Assembly (NCBI GenBank): GCA_044347345.1 | Contig: JBIKUX010000004.1 | Location: 32,001-96,000 of the forward strand | Direction: 5' to 3' | DNA length: 64,000 nt | Origin: Bdellovibrionota bacterium | GTDB lineage: Bacteria; Bdellovibrionota_C; UBA2361; JBIKUX01 | Shown: positions 18,980 through 28,414 of the stretch, piece by piece | How the letters are laid out: the number at the start of each line of letters is the position of its first letter | Numbering within the stretch: the first letter of the stretch is position 1 | Notes under the pieces: model-generated | What the model saw: only the letters and a program-made list of their open reading frames with translations | Database searches by the model: none | Told to the model about the DNA's origin: nothing | Position numbers and translations under genes: made by a program

Positions 18980-19660
18980 TTATTTTTTTGTAAGAGTTTT
19001 TAGAGAAGAAAAATAATTTTTAAATGAAAAGGTAAGTTCACCTTGATTGGTAGCTAATACTATAGTCATTGGTTGGACTAAGTTTTTTTCCTCTATTGGC
19101 AAATTAAGAGTAGAGGATAGTTTACTGAAATACTGTGATTCGCCTGGTGGCACAAATATCATTAGTGGAGATACGTTAATCAGTTTGCCTACTGTGTCTT
19201 TGATGGAAGTACATAGCACTTTTCGTTGCTTGGTAGGAAGTGTGCCAATTATTGATTCGCATAGATTCAGTGAGTAATTGATCATATTTGATGATAATTC
19301 TTCGATGTAATCCAAGAGGCTATTGTTTATTTGTTGGTAAATAATTTGTTGTATGTTTCTCCACTCATGTTCTCTTTCTTGCCTAAAAGCTTCGAAAATA
19401 CGGTGTTGACGTGCTCGGAGGGCTTTTATTTTTTTTGCAGCATCTTTTCTTGAAATCAGTGTCTTATCGTGACAATTTTCATTAATCGTAGCACAAGAGG
19501 AGTCTTTATTTTTTAAGATAAGCTTTAGATTACCAAAAGTAGCGTTGGTATCTGAGTCTCGATTGTGTACTAGCAACTGCAATGATTTTTGCTCTGATGC
19601 TGTTTTATCTCGTGATTCGTGGGATTGTTCGCTTTGGATTATCCAACTTTCTTGAAGCAT
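18980..19660 (-). CDS. Divergent FliH/SctL-like ATPase stator
   Basis: Directly upstream of the ATPase; helical middle and C-terminal IFVPP..IVLATNQGEL pattern. Confidence 0.5.
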   Translation of the reverse strand: MLQESWIIQSEQSHESRDKTASEQKSLQLLVHNRDSDTNATFGNLKLILKNKDSSCATINENCHDKTLISRKDAAKKIKALRARQHRIFEAFRQEREHEWRNIQQIIYQQINNSLLDYIEELSSNMINYSLNLCESIIGTLPTKQRKVLCTSIKDTVGKLINVSPLMIFVPPGESQYFSKLSSTLNLPIEEKNLVQPMTIVLATNQGELTFSFKNYFSSLKTLTKK

Positions 19661-19738
19661 AGTAATTCTTAATATTTTAAACTTACTAAGTTCAGTAATC
19701 GTTACGAGAATGGGTTTGTTGCTAAAATAATAAATAAT

Positions 19739-21352
19739 TTAACTTAAATCTTCAGAATTTTTTTGATTTAAAATTTGTATTATTCCCTTTATTTCAGGAC
19801 TTTTTAGAGCAAAATTTAGAAGTATATAGATGAATGTTCCTAATATTATTTTTAGGAAAAAAAAATCCGAAAATAAAAAAGATGCCAACAAGAAGGCTAC
19901 ACCTGTAGAAATTAAGGCTCTTATTAAACTAATTAGCATTAGCTTACCAATATTGCTTGTATCTAGCGTAATATACCTAATTATTAGAAAGATGGTGCTA
20001 GCTAGTGATCCAACTGTCGATGCAGTAGCAAGACCTACATGACCTAATGACCATGAGATCGGAAGATAGGTTTGAATAAAGCTGAGGCTATCAGCAAATA
20101 ATCCTTTCAATTCAGATTTAGGAGCACCCATTGTGATAACGGCTGTTAGCATAGAAATGCCTAGTGAAATAACCGCACTTTGAAGGGGAATGTTTAGCAT
20201 TTTTCGAGCTGTAAAAGCCCTAGCTAAGAGCGAAGAGCAACTCACACTCCAAAGACTAACACTAAGTGCTTTAACAGCGCTTGCAGTAGCCATAGTTGCG
20301 TCCGGAGAAAAGGCACCTCTTTCAAACAGAGCACGAACTATTATGTTACTTTCTGATAGAAGAAATGCGGTAAAAGGAATCATCATAAAGCTCGTAGCTG
20401 ATAGAGCGGCTCCTAGTTGAGATGAAGCCATATTGCGGTCTCCTTGAGCCTCTGCCCTGGAAAGAATCGGCAGTAGCACTGAGGCTAGTGATATAGAGAA
20501 TACGCCGATTGGAAGCTGAGTGATTCTATCGGCGTAATAAAGCGCTGATACAGCACCTTCGCCGACTAGTGAGGCTAAGATAGTGTTTATTAGAATTGTT
20601 AATTGATACACACCAGCTCCGGCAGCTGCGGGTATCATAAGACGAAGAGTTGCTCGAACCGCCGGAGACCAGATATTTGTGCCCCAAAAGGAAAAAAGTT
20701 TTATACCAACTGTATAAAGAGCTGGAAGTTGAACCAGCACTTGAATCATACCACCAGCTAATACGCTTATTCCTAAAAAAATACATGCAGAAGAGGGAGC
20801 AGCAAAATAAAATGCCGCCACTGCACCAATTATTAAAACTATGTTCATCACTACTTGAGCCCATGCAGAGGCACCAAATACTAAATGAGCGTTAAGAGCT
20901 CCGTTAATTAGTACGACAACACTTACAAAAATAATGTAAGGAAACATAATTCTTGTAAGTGCTGTGGTGAGTGCAAACGCTTCAGGATTGACTCCAAAGC
21001 CTGGAGAAAATATATCCACAATTTGTGGAGCGGTAATAATACCCAAGAGTGTTATAAAACCAGTTGCAAGGAGCAAAGTAGCTAGTACACTTGAAAATGC
21101 TTTCTGCGCTTGATGTGCCCCGAGTCGCAGCTGATCAGTAAATGTGGGAACAAAAGCTGATGTTAAAGCTCCTTCCGCAAATAAACTTCTCAGTAGATTA
21201 GGAATTCGGAAAGCTACGAAAAAAGCATCGGCATACCAAGATGTACCGAGCAATCTGGCTACTAAGAGATCTCTGATAAAACCAAGTAAGCGACTAAGCA
21301 GTGTTAGCACTGAAACAATGGTCGTTCCTCTGACTAGAGATGACCTACTCAC
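19739..21352 (-). CDS. murJ: Lipid II flippase MurJ
   Basis: SRLLGFIRD, AFRIPNLLRSLFAEGA, YYADRITQLP.G. Confidence 0.96.
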   Translation of the reverse strand: MSRSSLVRGTTIVSVLTLLSRLLGFIRDLLVARLLGTSWYADAFFVAFRIPNLLRSLFAEGALTSAFVPTFTDQLRLGAHQAQKAFSSVLATLLLATGFITLLGIITAPQIVDIFSPGFGVNPEAFALTTALTRIMFPYIIFVSVVVLINGALNAHLVFGASAWAQVVMNIVLIIGAVAAFYFAAPSSACIFLGISVLAGGMIQVLVQLPALYTVGIKLFSFWGTNIWSPAVRATLRLMIPAAAGAGVYQLTILINTILASLVGEGAVSALYYADRITQLPIGVFSISLASVLLPILSRAEAQGDRNMASSQLGAALSATSFMMIPFTAFLLSESNIIVRALFERGAFSPDATMATASAVKALSVSLWSVSCSSLLARAFTARKMLNIPLQSAVISLGISMLTAVITMGAPKSELKGLFADSLSFIQTYLPISWSLGHVGLATASTVGSLASTIFLIIRYITLDTSNIGKLMLISLIRALISTGVAFLLASFLFSDFFFLKIILGTFIYILLNFALKSPEIKGIIQILNQKNSEDLS

Positions 21353-21387
21353 AACTCTCCGCTATCAATTTATCTTTAGATACATAC

Positions 21388-22572
21388 TTAACGAGTCATA
21401 AAGTCTAAGGCGACTTGATAAAGATCGGAATTAAGGTTCACAGTACGAGATTTAATGTTGCCGTCTTCACCAACCATATCGTGAAGGTTTTGATAGCTCA
21501 GAGTGTCATAGTCTCTAGTTACCATTACACCACTATATCCTTCACACAATAATCTTACTGCTCCGTATCCGAGAAAAGTGGTGTATTCAATATCGAAGGA
21601 TACTGGTTCATGACATCGAAGCTCATAACCTATATTTTTGGTATTTATTTTTATATCGATGCTTTGTTGCTGACATCTTTCTCTTAAAGCTGGTGCGATA
21701 ACATCACCTATTTCAAGCATGTTATATCTTATTCGACCTAACTCATCTCTTTGGATACTTCTTAATAGTTCACTTGAGTCAGGGTCTACTACGTCTAACA
21801 CTCCCTCAGCAATAACAGCCACTCCGTATGGGCGCCCGACAGCTACTCGCTTTTTTATTGAAGATAACAAAATATCTACAATATCATCTACAGTTGGACG
21901 AGTGCCCGTGAATTCTTCAGGAATAATTGTGAGCGTGGCTCCCGAAGCGATACCGAGGCCAAGCGCGAGAAATCCCGCTTTTCGACCCATACTAGATACT
22001 ATAAACCATCTTTGAGATGTACGTGCATCAACCTTAAGCGTGTGAAGAATGTTAGTTCCTACGTAGCGAGCAGTTTCAAAACCAAAACTAGGATATTCAT
22101 TAGGTAGGATTAAGTCATTGTCGATAGTTTTCGGAACGTGAACTACTTGAATATCTGGAACAGTAGAAGATAGATGGTAGCTTACCCAGGCTGATCCTTC
22201 TCCGCCTATAATAACGAGTTTATCAATGTTATGGTCTGCTAGAGTTTTTATAAATGTTTGTTGAGTCTTTGGTTGCGAAAGAGGGTTAAATCTTGAGGTT
22301 CCTAAAATAGACCCCCCAGTTTTATAAATGCCACCTGAAAGAGAAGATGGTGACAAGTCGATGACTGCATTGTTATCACCATTAGCAATTCCTCTAAAAC
22401 CGCCCTTTAAGCCTTTAACTCTAATACCTCGAGCGTGAGCTGCGTAAACAGTAGAGCTTATTACTCCGTTTATACCGGGAGCTGGCCCACCACTTACAAC
22501 TATACCGATAGCGCCAGAACTTTGGTGCTTTTTAATTACATTTGTACTTTTGCTGGTGCTAGCACTGCTCAT
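21388..22572 (-). CDS. 6-phosphofructokinase (PfkA superfamily)
   Basis: GGPAPGINGVI, GGSILGTSR, PKTIDND, MGR, GYELRC. Confidence 0.93.
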   Translation of the reverse strand: MSSASTSKSTNVIKKHQSSGAIGIVVSGGPAPGINGVISSTVYAAHARGIRVKGLKGGFRGIANGDNNAVIDLSPSSLSGGIYKTGGSILGTSRFNPLSQPKTQQTFIKTLADHNIDKLVIIGGEGSAWVSYHLSSTVPDIQVVHVPKTIDNDLILPNEYPSFGFETARYVGTNILHTLKVDARTSQRWFIVSSMGRKAGFLALGLGIASGATLTIIPEEFTGTRPTVDDIVDILLSSIKKRVAVGRPYGVAVIAEGVLDVVDPDSSELLRSIQRDELGRIRYNMLEIGDVIAPALRERCQQQSIDIKINTKNIGYELRCHEPVSFDIEYTTFLGYGAVRLLCEGYSGVMVTRDYDTLSYQNLHDMVGEDGNIKSRTVNLNSDLYQVALDFMTR

Positions 22573-22729
22573 TGTATGCTCACCATAATAACGTGTTTTC
22601 TTACAGTCTGGAACTTAGCACAAAATTATGATGAGCTGGAAGAAGTTACTATGCTACGAGCTTAATTAGTACTTAGTTGTTGGTAGGTAAAGAAGCTCTT
22701 AGTTATATAAATCGGCTAAGTTAAGTCTA

Positions 22730-23632
22730 CTAGTTGTTATTACTTGTCGTGCGTAACCACAGTTCGCTATTTTTAGATGCTGTAATAACTTCTGTCCCTT
22801 TTAACACACCAATTCGTATCAAAGTCTCATTATTTTTCTCTTGAGCTTGGATTAGCTCAAGTCCATCAAATTCTGAAGGGGGGTAATACGGATGTCCGAG
22901 CTCAGTTGATATCAGATTTGTATTGGGTAGTTTGAGTACAAAATTAGTTTCATCCTCTCTGGTTAGTGAAAAATTCGGAAGTTCCGTAAATTTAAGTTTA
23001 ATCGCTTTAATTCCTGATGGATTTAGTTTTACAAATTCGAGTGATTCAAGAGTTGCTAAATTCGTAGCTGGAATATCTGTATTGGGTATAACTTTTTCTT
23101 TGGGAGAGGTGTTTGGGATTAGTGCGCGCATTGATACCGAGGCGCGTATATCGTCGTTTATTTTATCAGCAGGTGTATTTTTTGCTAAAATCTTGGTGGG
23201 TAGATTATCTTTACCGTTAAACGATAAAGCTAACACGCCAGAGGATTCATGTTTTTCTACCTTAGGTTTTGCATATCCATTGAGATCAAATACTATCCTT
23301 AATTTATCGGCGTGAGATGATATTCTAATTTTTGAGAAAGGTGACGTATTTGGTCCGTCGATAACTTCGTGCCAGCCTTGCAATTTGGTGCTTGGAATAT
23401 CAACGACTAGCCTGTTTGGACTAGAGAGAGTAAAACTTTTTAAAGTTTCAGCAAATGGGCTTTCAAAAGAGATAGCTGGGGTCATTTGCTGCGAAAATGA
23501 AATGGTCAATTTACCATTCTTATGTGTGCGAGTAATCTGTTGGGTGTCATCGGCATAGGTAGATTTTGATTCTACCAAAATAACCGAGGCTAAAGTTAAA
23601 GCTGCTAAGCGAGAAAATACTTTTCTTCTCAT
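22730..23632 (-). CDS. Secreted AMIN-domain protein
   Basis: Signal peptide; FTLSSPNRLVVDIP..IRI..LRIVFDL; possible second degenerate AMIN domain. Confidence 0.8.
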   Translation of the reverse strand: MRRKVFSRLAALTLASVILVESKSTYADDTQQITRTHKNGKLTISFSQQMTPAISFESPFAETLKSFTLSSPNRLVVDIPSTKLQGWHEVIDGPNTSPFSKIRISSHADKLRIVFDLNGYAKPKVEKHESSGVLALSFNGKDNLPTKILAKNTPADKINDDIRASVSMRALIPNTSPKEKVIPNTDIPATNLATLESLEFVKLNPSGIKAIKLKFTELPNFSLTREDETNFVLKLPNTNLISTELGHPYYPPSEFDGLELIQAQEKNNETLIRIGVLKGTEVITASKNSELWLRTTSNNN

Positions 23633-23734
23633 ACGATCCCTTCCTTAAGGTAGCTTAAATTCCTCACACCTTAATTACTTGGATTACATCAACTAGGGTT
23701 TTCGATGCAGATAAATGAGTAATCTGATATTTTG

Positions 23735-25645
23735 TTAGATATTTCGTGGTAGCAGGCTGAGAATTATATTTGCATCGTCAGTTAATTTGTCCAGTAAGCT
23801 TGTCCCTATTTGTTGAATAGCCTGTTTTTGCGCTAGGGTTTTAGTCTCAACTGGAATATCGATATCAACAACGCGGTTATAGGCATCTCGTTCTAAATCT
23901 ACGGTTGTTCTTAGATGCTTTATAGCCACATCTAACCGAGCCTGTATGGCATCTATCGAGCCAATTTCGGCATTTACCCGGTCGTACATTTGAGAGAGCT
24001 TGCTTAAAGCTTGTTGACTAGATGATGGTGAAAGAAGATTTGGGTATCTAGTGTCTCCGGGCGAAAGAAAGGCATTACTACCAGTAACTATATCTAAAAA
24101 GCCGTCTCCATTTATATCTCCCACAGAAATTCCGTAGCCGTTATTACTCGATGGTCCAACTGTAAAGGGAGCTTTAAAAGTGCCGTCGCCATTTCCATAT
24201 GAAAGAGAAGCAAAGTTATCTACACCTACAGATGAGGTAGTGAGTAAATCTACCTTACCGTCTCCATTAAGGTCAGCTATTTCAATATCTCTTGTGTAGG
24301 GCGCGTGAGGAGTGCCAGCGAGTACTGAAGTACTTATAGTCACAGAGGGGTTGGGAATAGAAGAACCATTACCAAAGCTAATTCCAGCTTGTCCGTAATT
24401 AGTTTGGTCGTATATTACTATGCGGTCGAGAAAGGTATCTTGGTTTAAATATCCCACATTTGAGCCTCGTCTGTTACCATTTTCAGCAATAAAATCACCA
24501 GTGGTGAAAGTTCTGTTACCGTTATTATAAAATTGTCTTGCGCCGTACCCTTGATTAGCGTCGGTTAGGATTAAATCTAACCGTCCGTCACCATTTATAT
24601 CTCCTATATCAATATCGGGAATTTCTACGCCCCAAGTTATCACAGTAGAACTGGCAAATCCTCCTTGCCCGTTCCCCCAAAATATTTGGGCATTACCTTG
24701 CCTTCCTCCTATTGCAATATCAAGATTTCCATCAGCATCAATATCAGCTACATAAGGTTGACTCTCTCGGTTTACAGTAACTACGTTAGGAAGTGAGAAA
24801 AATGATTGTGGCATTGGAAAAGTGCCGTCTCCATTGTTTAAAAGAACCTCAACTGTATTCTGAAGAGAGGCCATTACAAGATCGGGTAAGCCATCTTTAT
24901 TAAAATCTCCTGAACTAGTGCCTCCGTAGTTCTTGCCGTTGCTATAGTCAGGAATTTCTTGTTCAGTCTTAAAGGTGCCATCACCGTTTCCTAATCTTAG
25001 GCTTGCTCTGTCGGCTGTTGTAACTGCGTCTAAGTAACCATCTGCGTTAAAATCATCGAGGGTAACCTGCCCATTTAGTCGGCCATCAGTAAAAGTCTGA
25101 GATAGAACCCACCCACCATTTGGTGCTTCAACGGTTTCAATTGGTCGATTTAATTCTTTACCAATGCCTATGGGAATAATGGCATGTTGTCCTATGCCAG
25201 CTTGTAATGTTGTGCTCGTAAATGAGCCGTCTAAAAGCTTTAGACCATTATATGAAGTTTCTTCAACTATACGATTATATTCATCTGTTAAGCTTTTAGC
25301 TTCTTCATTAAATGCTTGCCTCTGAGCTAAAGAGTAAGTTCCGTTTGCACTTTGCTGTGCTAGCTCCATTTGTCGTGTAACTATATTTGCAAGTGATTCT
25401 AAGGCACTTTTTGCTACCGTTACAGCGCTTATACCTTCATTTAGGTTTTGTACGCCTTTATAATTAATTGATTTTCGACCATTTAGAGATTCTGACAGTA
25501 TAAGGCCGGCAGCATCATCTTTCCCTGAGTTAATTCTACGGCCTGAAGCTAGTTTTTTGTAAGTTTCTGATAGTTCATTAGATGTCCTATTCAAATTAGC
25601 TTGAATAAGATTACTTAAAGAAGTACTCCCTATCTTCATTACCAC
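23735..25645 (-). CDS. Flagellin with seven FG-GAP/VCBS repeats in the variable region
   Basis: N-terminal LASGRRINSGKDDAAGL..SANGTY..YNGLKLLDG; C-terminal flagellin helices; internal DxxxDGxxD repeats. Start GTG 25645 or ATG 25639. Confidence 0.92.
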   Translation of the reverse strand: MVMKIGSTSLSNLIQANLNRTSNELSETYKKLASGRRINSGKDDAAGLILSESLNGRKSINYKGVQNLNEGISAVTVAKSALESLANIVTRQMELAQQSANGTYSLAQRQAFNEEAKSLTDEYNRIVEETSYNGLKLLDGSFTSTTLQAGIGQHAIIPIGIGKELNRPIETVEAPNGGWVLSQTFTDGRLNGQVTLDDFNADGYLDAVTTADRASLRLGNGDGTFKTEQEIPDYSNGKNYGGTSSGDFNKDGLPDLVMASLQNTVEVLLNNGDGTFPMPQSFFSLPNVVTVNRESQPYVADIDADGNLDIAIGGRQGNAQIFWGNGQGGFASSTVITWGVEIPDIDIGDINGDGRLDLILTDANQGYGARQFYNNGNRTFTTGDFIAENGNRRGSNVGYLNQDTFLDRIVIYDQTNYGQAGISFGNGSSIPNPSVTISTSVLAGTPHAPYTRDIEIADLNGDGKVDLLTTSSVGVDNFASLSYGNGDGTFKAPFTVGPSSNNGYGISVGDINGDGFLDIVTGSNAFLSPGDTRYPNLLSPSSSQQALSKLSQMYDRVNAEIGSIDAIQARLDVAIKHLRTTVDLERDAYNRVVDIDIPVETKTLAQKQAIQQIGTSLLDKLTDDANIILSLLPRNI

Positions 25646-25779
25646 GATAAATAAAATTAGAAATAATACTTACTAAATCGAGCAGTCGCCCAGTTGGATA
25701 AGATACTTTAGGGATATAACTATAAAAATTTTAAAAAAATTTATTTAGCTCAGAAAGTAATTACTGACTATTAGGTAAG

Positions 25780-26544
25780 CTAAAGGGGAACATAATCATT
25801 TTGGGTGTATCCATTAGATGAATTAGCAGATTGAAGGAGGCTTTGGCGACGAGCGGCTATTTCTTTTGTTTCCTCATGTGCTTCCATCAATTTTTTTTCA
25901 AAAACTACTAGAGCCGCCGAATATGGACTGGTCAAAATAAAGTGGCGATTTTTTCGCTTTTTGTTATCACGAAAAGTAATATGCAGTTTTCTGTTGTTGG
26001 AATAACTTGATTCACCTGACGGAGATTCACCGTAAACGTTTAATTTATCGTCTAAAATCTTTCCTAGTTCTAAGTTTGCACCGTTAAGACCTTCAGAAAG
26101 CATGATGATAGCATCGTTTAGTAGCGCTACCCATACCGCCGCTTCTCTTACTTCACCTACAACATTTTCAAATGATGGCATATTATCTTGTGATGTATCT
26201 TCAATGCGTAAGTGTCCTCGAAATAGTAGTAAGACCGTTAAGTCTTTTGAGTTTGCCGAAAGAGCAAAGCGACGTGCCGCAGATCGTGCGGCAAGATATT
26301 CGAGAATAGTTTTCGGTCGAAGATGCCGAAACCGACGGCTAGAGGCAGATTGAAATACAAATGGGGAGATAATGAGGGAAAACCAGATAAATTTAGCTAG
26401 CTCTAGTCCAATAGCTACTGTGCCGGTAGTTAAAATGAAGAATGCAACCCATACAATACCGTTAGAGTGCGACTTAGCTAAAATCTCAAGCTTTTCTTCA
26501 GGTGGGATGCGTCGCCAAACTTCTTCTGGGTTTAGAAGTTCCAT
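25780..26544 (-). CDS. Hypothetical two-TM membrane protein
   Basis: 254 aa ORF, two N-terminal hydrophobic helices. Confidence 0.75.
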   Translation of the reverse strand: MELLNPEEVWRRIPPEEKLEILAKSHSNGIVWVAFFILTTGTVAIGLELAKFIWFSLIISPFVFQSASSRRFRHLRPKTILEYLAARSAARRFALSANSKDLTVLLLFRGHLRIEDTSQDNMPSFENVVGEVREAAVWVALLNDAIIMLSEGLNGANLELGKILDDKLNVYGESPSGESSYSNNRKLHITFRDNKKRKNRHFILTSPYSAALVVFEKKLMEAHEETKEIAARRQSLLQSANSSNGYTQNDYVPL

Positions 26545-26763
26545 AGGTATGATGTTTGGTTTAAGCCATCAGAGTTTGAATATTAGATTCCTTTAGGAAT
26601 CATAGTCTCGTTTATCTCATTTGCATAACTCGAGCCAAAGAGGTTAACGGCATTTTTTTTAGCAACCTTAGGATTTATCACACGATTATCCAAAACAAAT
26701 TATTTAAGGGGAAGGATTGTCCTATTACGTTGGGCGATCTCGGGTGATATTAAGTGGTAAAAA

Positions 26764-28353
26764 ATGCTCGCAAAGGTTCAATCAGCAGTTCTTTCAGGTA
26801 TTGAAGCTACGATAGTACAAGTTGAGGTGGAGTTAAGAAAAGGGCCTAGAAAGTTTGTAATTATCGGTATGGGCGATAGTGCTGTTCAGGAATCGCGGGA
26901 GAGAATTATGGCCTCTTTAAGGTCTCTTCCTATCGAGCTGCCCGATCAAATTACGGTAAATTTAGCTCCTGCATCAGTCCGTAAAGTGGGGACTTGCCTC
27001 GAGCTTTCGATTGCAATTGGCGTTCTAGCTGCGATGGGAGATATCCCACTTGATACACTTCACCAAACTTTTTTTCTCGGTGAGTTATCTCTTGATGGTA
27101 CATTGAAAGCTATACCTCAACATCTGGCTCTTCTTCTGTCGATTTTACAGCAAGAGCCTTCCTGCATACTTACGCCTCATATACCTCTTCCTGAATCCTT
27201 ACATTGTAATCAAACTTTTGTGGCAGGGGTAAACTCTATCGAGCATGCTAGGTCGGTGCTCAGGGGGGAGGCTTCACTAGAGTGGGGAGGTCTGCCGTAT
27301 AGTGATGATAGTGTAAATGAAGAGCTTTTGCTTGATGAAGTAGCGGGACTGCATTTTGCAAAAAGAGCTCTTGAAATCGCATTAGCCGGAGGGCATAACA
27401 TCCTACTCAGTGGTCCTCCTGGATGCGGAAAGTCGATGCTTCTTCGAAGGGCACAATTTCTCGCTCCACCCTTATCTACTAGTGAAGTACTTGAAGTAGC
27501 GCAAATATACTCGTTAGCTGGAGCTTCATTAAAAGGAGTATTGCAAGGTCGAGCACCTTTTCGCTCTCCTCATCATAGTGTAAGTAGAGCGGCGCTTGCC
27601 GGCAGTAGCGCTCGTGGTATTCCTCATCCAGGAGAATTTTCGCTTTCTCATCGCGGCATTTTATTTTTAGATGAAATGCCAGAATTTTCGCGAGGATCCT
27701 TAGAGGCTTTAAGGGGGCCTCTTGAAGAGGGCGTAGTTAGTATCGCTCGCGCAGGTGGGGAGCAATCATTTCCAGCTCAATTCCAGCTTTTAGCGGCGAT
27801 GAATCCATGCCCATGTGGGACGAATGCCGGAGAAAATGCAAAATCATCTTCTGATTATAACCAAAGTTATAACTGTCGATGTTCAGCTTCATCTATTTTG
27901 CGCTATCAAGAGCGAATCTCTCAGCCACTCCGTGAGCGATTTGATATAAGGTGCGTTATATCTTCAAAGGTTGATGCAAAAAATCGTATAATGCCACTTT
28001 TATCAAGTGATATAACTGACTGTGCTGGACTCCGTTCACTTGCTCGGCCTGTTTCAAGAAAAGAGCACGATGAAACATTTGAACGAATAAAAAGAGGAAG
28101 AAACCGTATGCTTGATCGTCAAGGACGATTAAACCGATGGCTCAGTAATAATGACCTCGTCCAGGTTATTCAATTAAAAGATAGTGATCAATCTTATTTG
28201 ACTGAGGCTGCTAATAAAGCACGTCTTTCGATGAGAAGTATTACGAAATTGCTTAGGGTAGCTCGTACGATTGCTGATATTGATGATGTAGAGCAAGTTA
28301 CAAAGGATGAATTACAAGAGGCATTATTATACCAACAAGCTACTATGACCTAA
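26764..28353 (+). CDS. comM: YifB/ComM Mg-chelatase-like AAA+ ATPase
   Basis: ITVNLAPA, GELSLDG, GPPGCGKS, FRSPHH, LFLDE, AAMNPCPCG, VARTIAD. Confidence 0.93.
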   Translation: MLAKVQSAVLSGIEATIVQVEVELRKGPRKFVIIGMGDSAVQESRERIMASLRSLPIELPDQITVNLAPASVRKVGTCLELSIAIGVLAAMGDIPLDTLHQTFFLGELSLDGTLKAIPQHLALLLSILQQEPSCILTPHIPLPESLHCNQTFVAGVNSIEHARSVLRGEASLEWGGLPYSDDSVNEELLLDEVAGLHFAKRALEIALAGGHNILLSGPPGCGKSMLLRRAQFLAPPLSTSEVLEVAQIYSLAGASLKGVLQGRAPFRSPHHSVSRAALAGSSARGIPHPGEFSLSHRGILFLDEMPEFSRGSLEALRGPLEEGVVSIARAGGEQSFPAQFQLLAAMNPCPCGTNAGENAKSSSDYNQSYNCRCSASSILRYQERISQPLRERFDIRCVISSKVDAKNRIMPLLSSDITDCAGLRSLARPVSRKEHDETFERIKRGRNRMLDRQGRLNRWLSNNDLVQVIQLKDSDQSYLTEAANKARLSMRSITKLLRVARTIADIDDVEQVTKDELQEALLYQQATMT

Positions 28354-28414
28354 TTCCAGAACGGTCTAATTTTAATTTGTTTAAATCGAGAAGGTTATTT
28401 ATCTTTTCAAGTAA

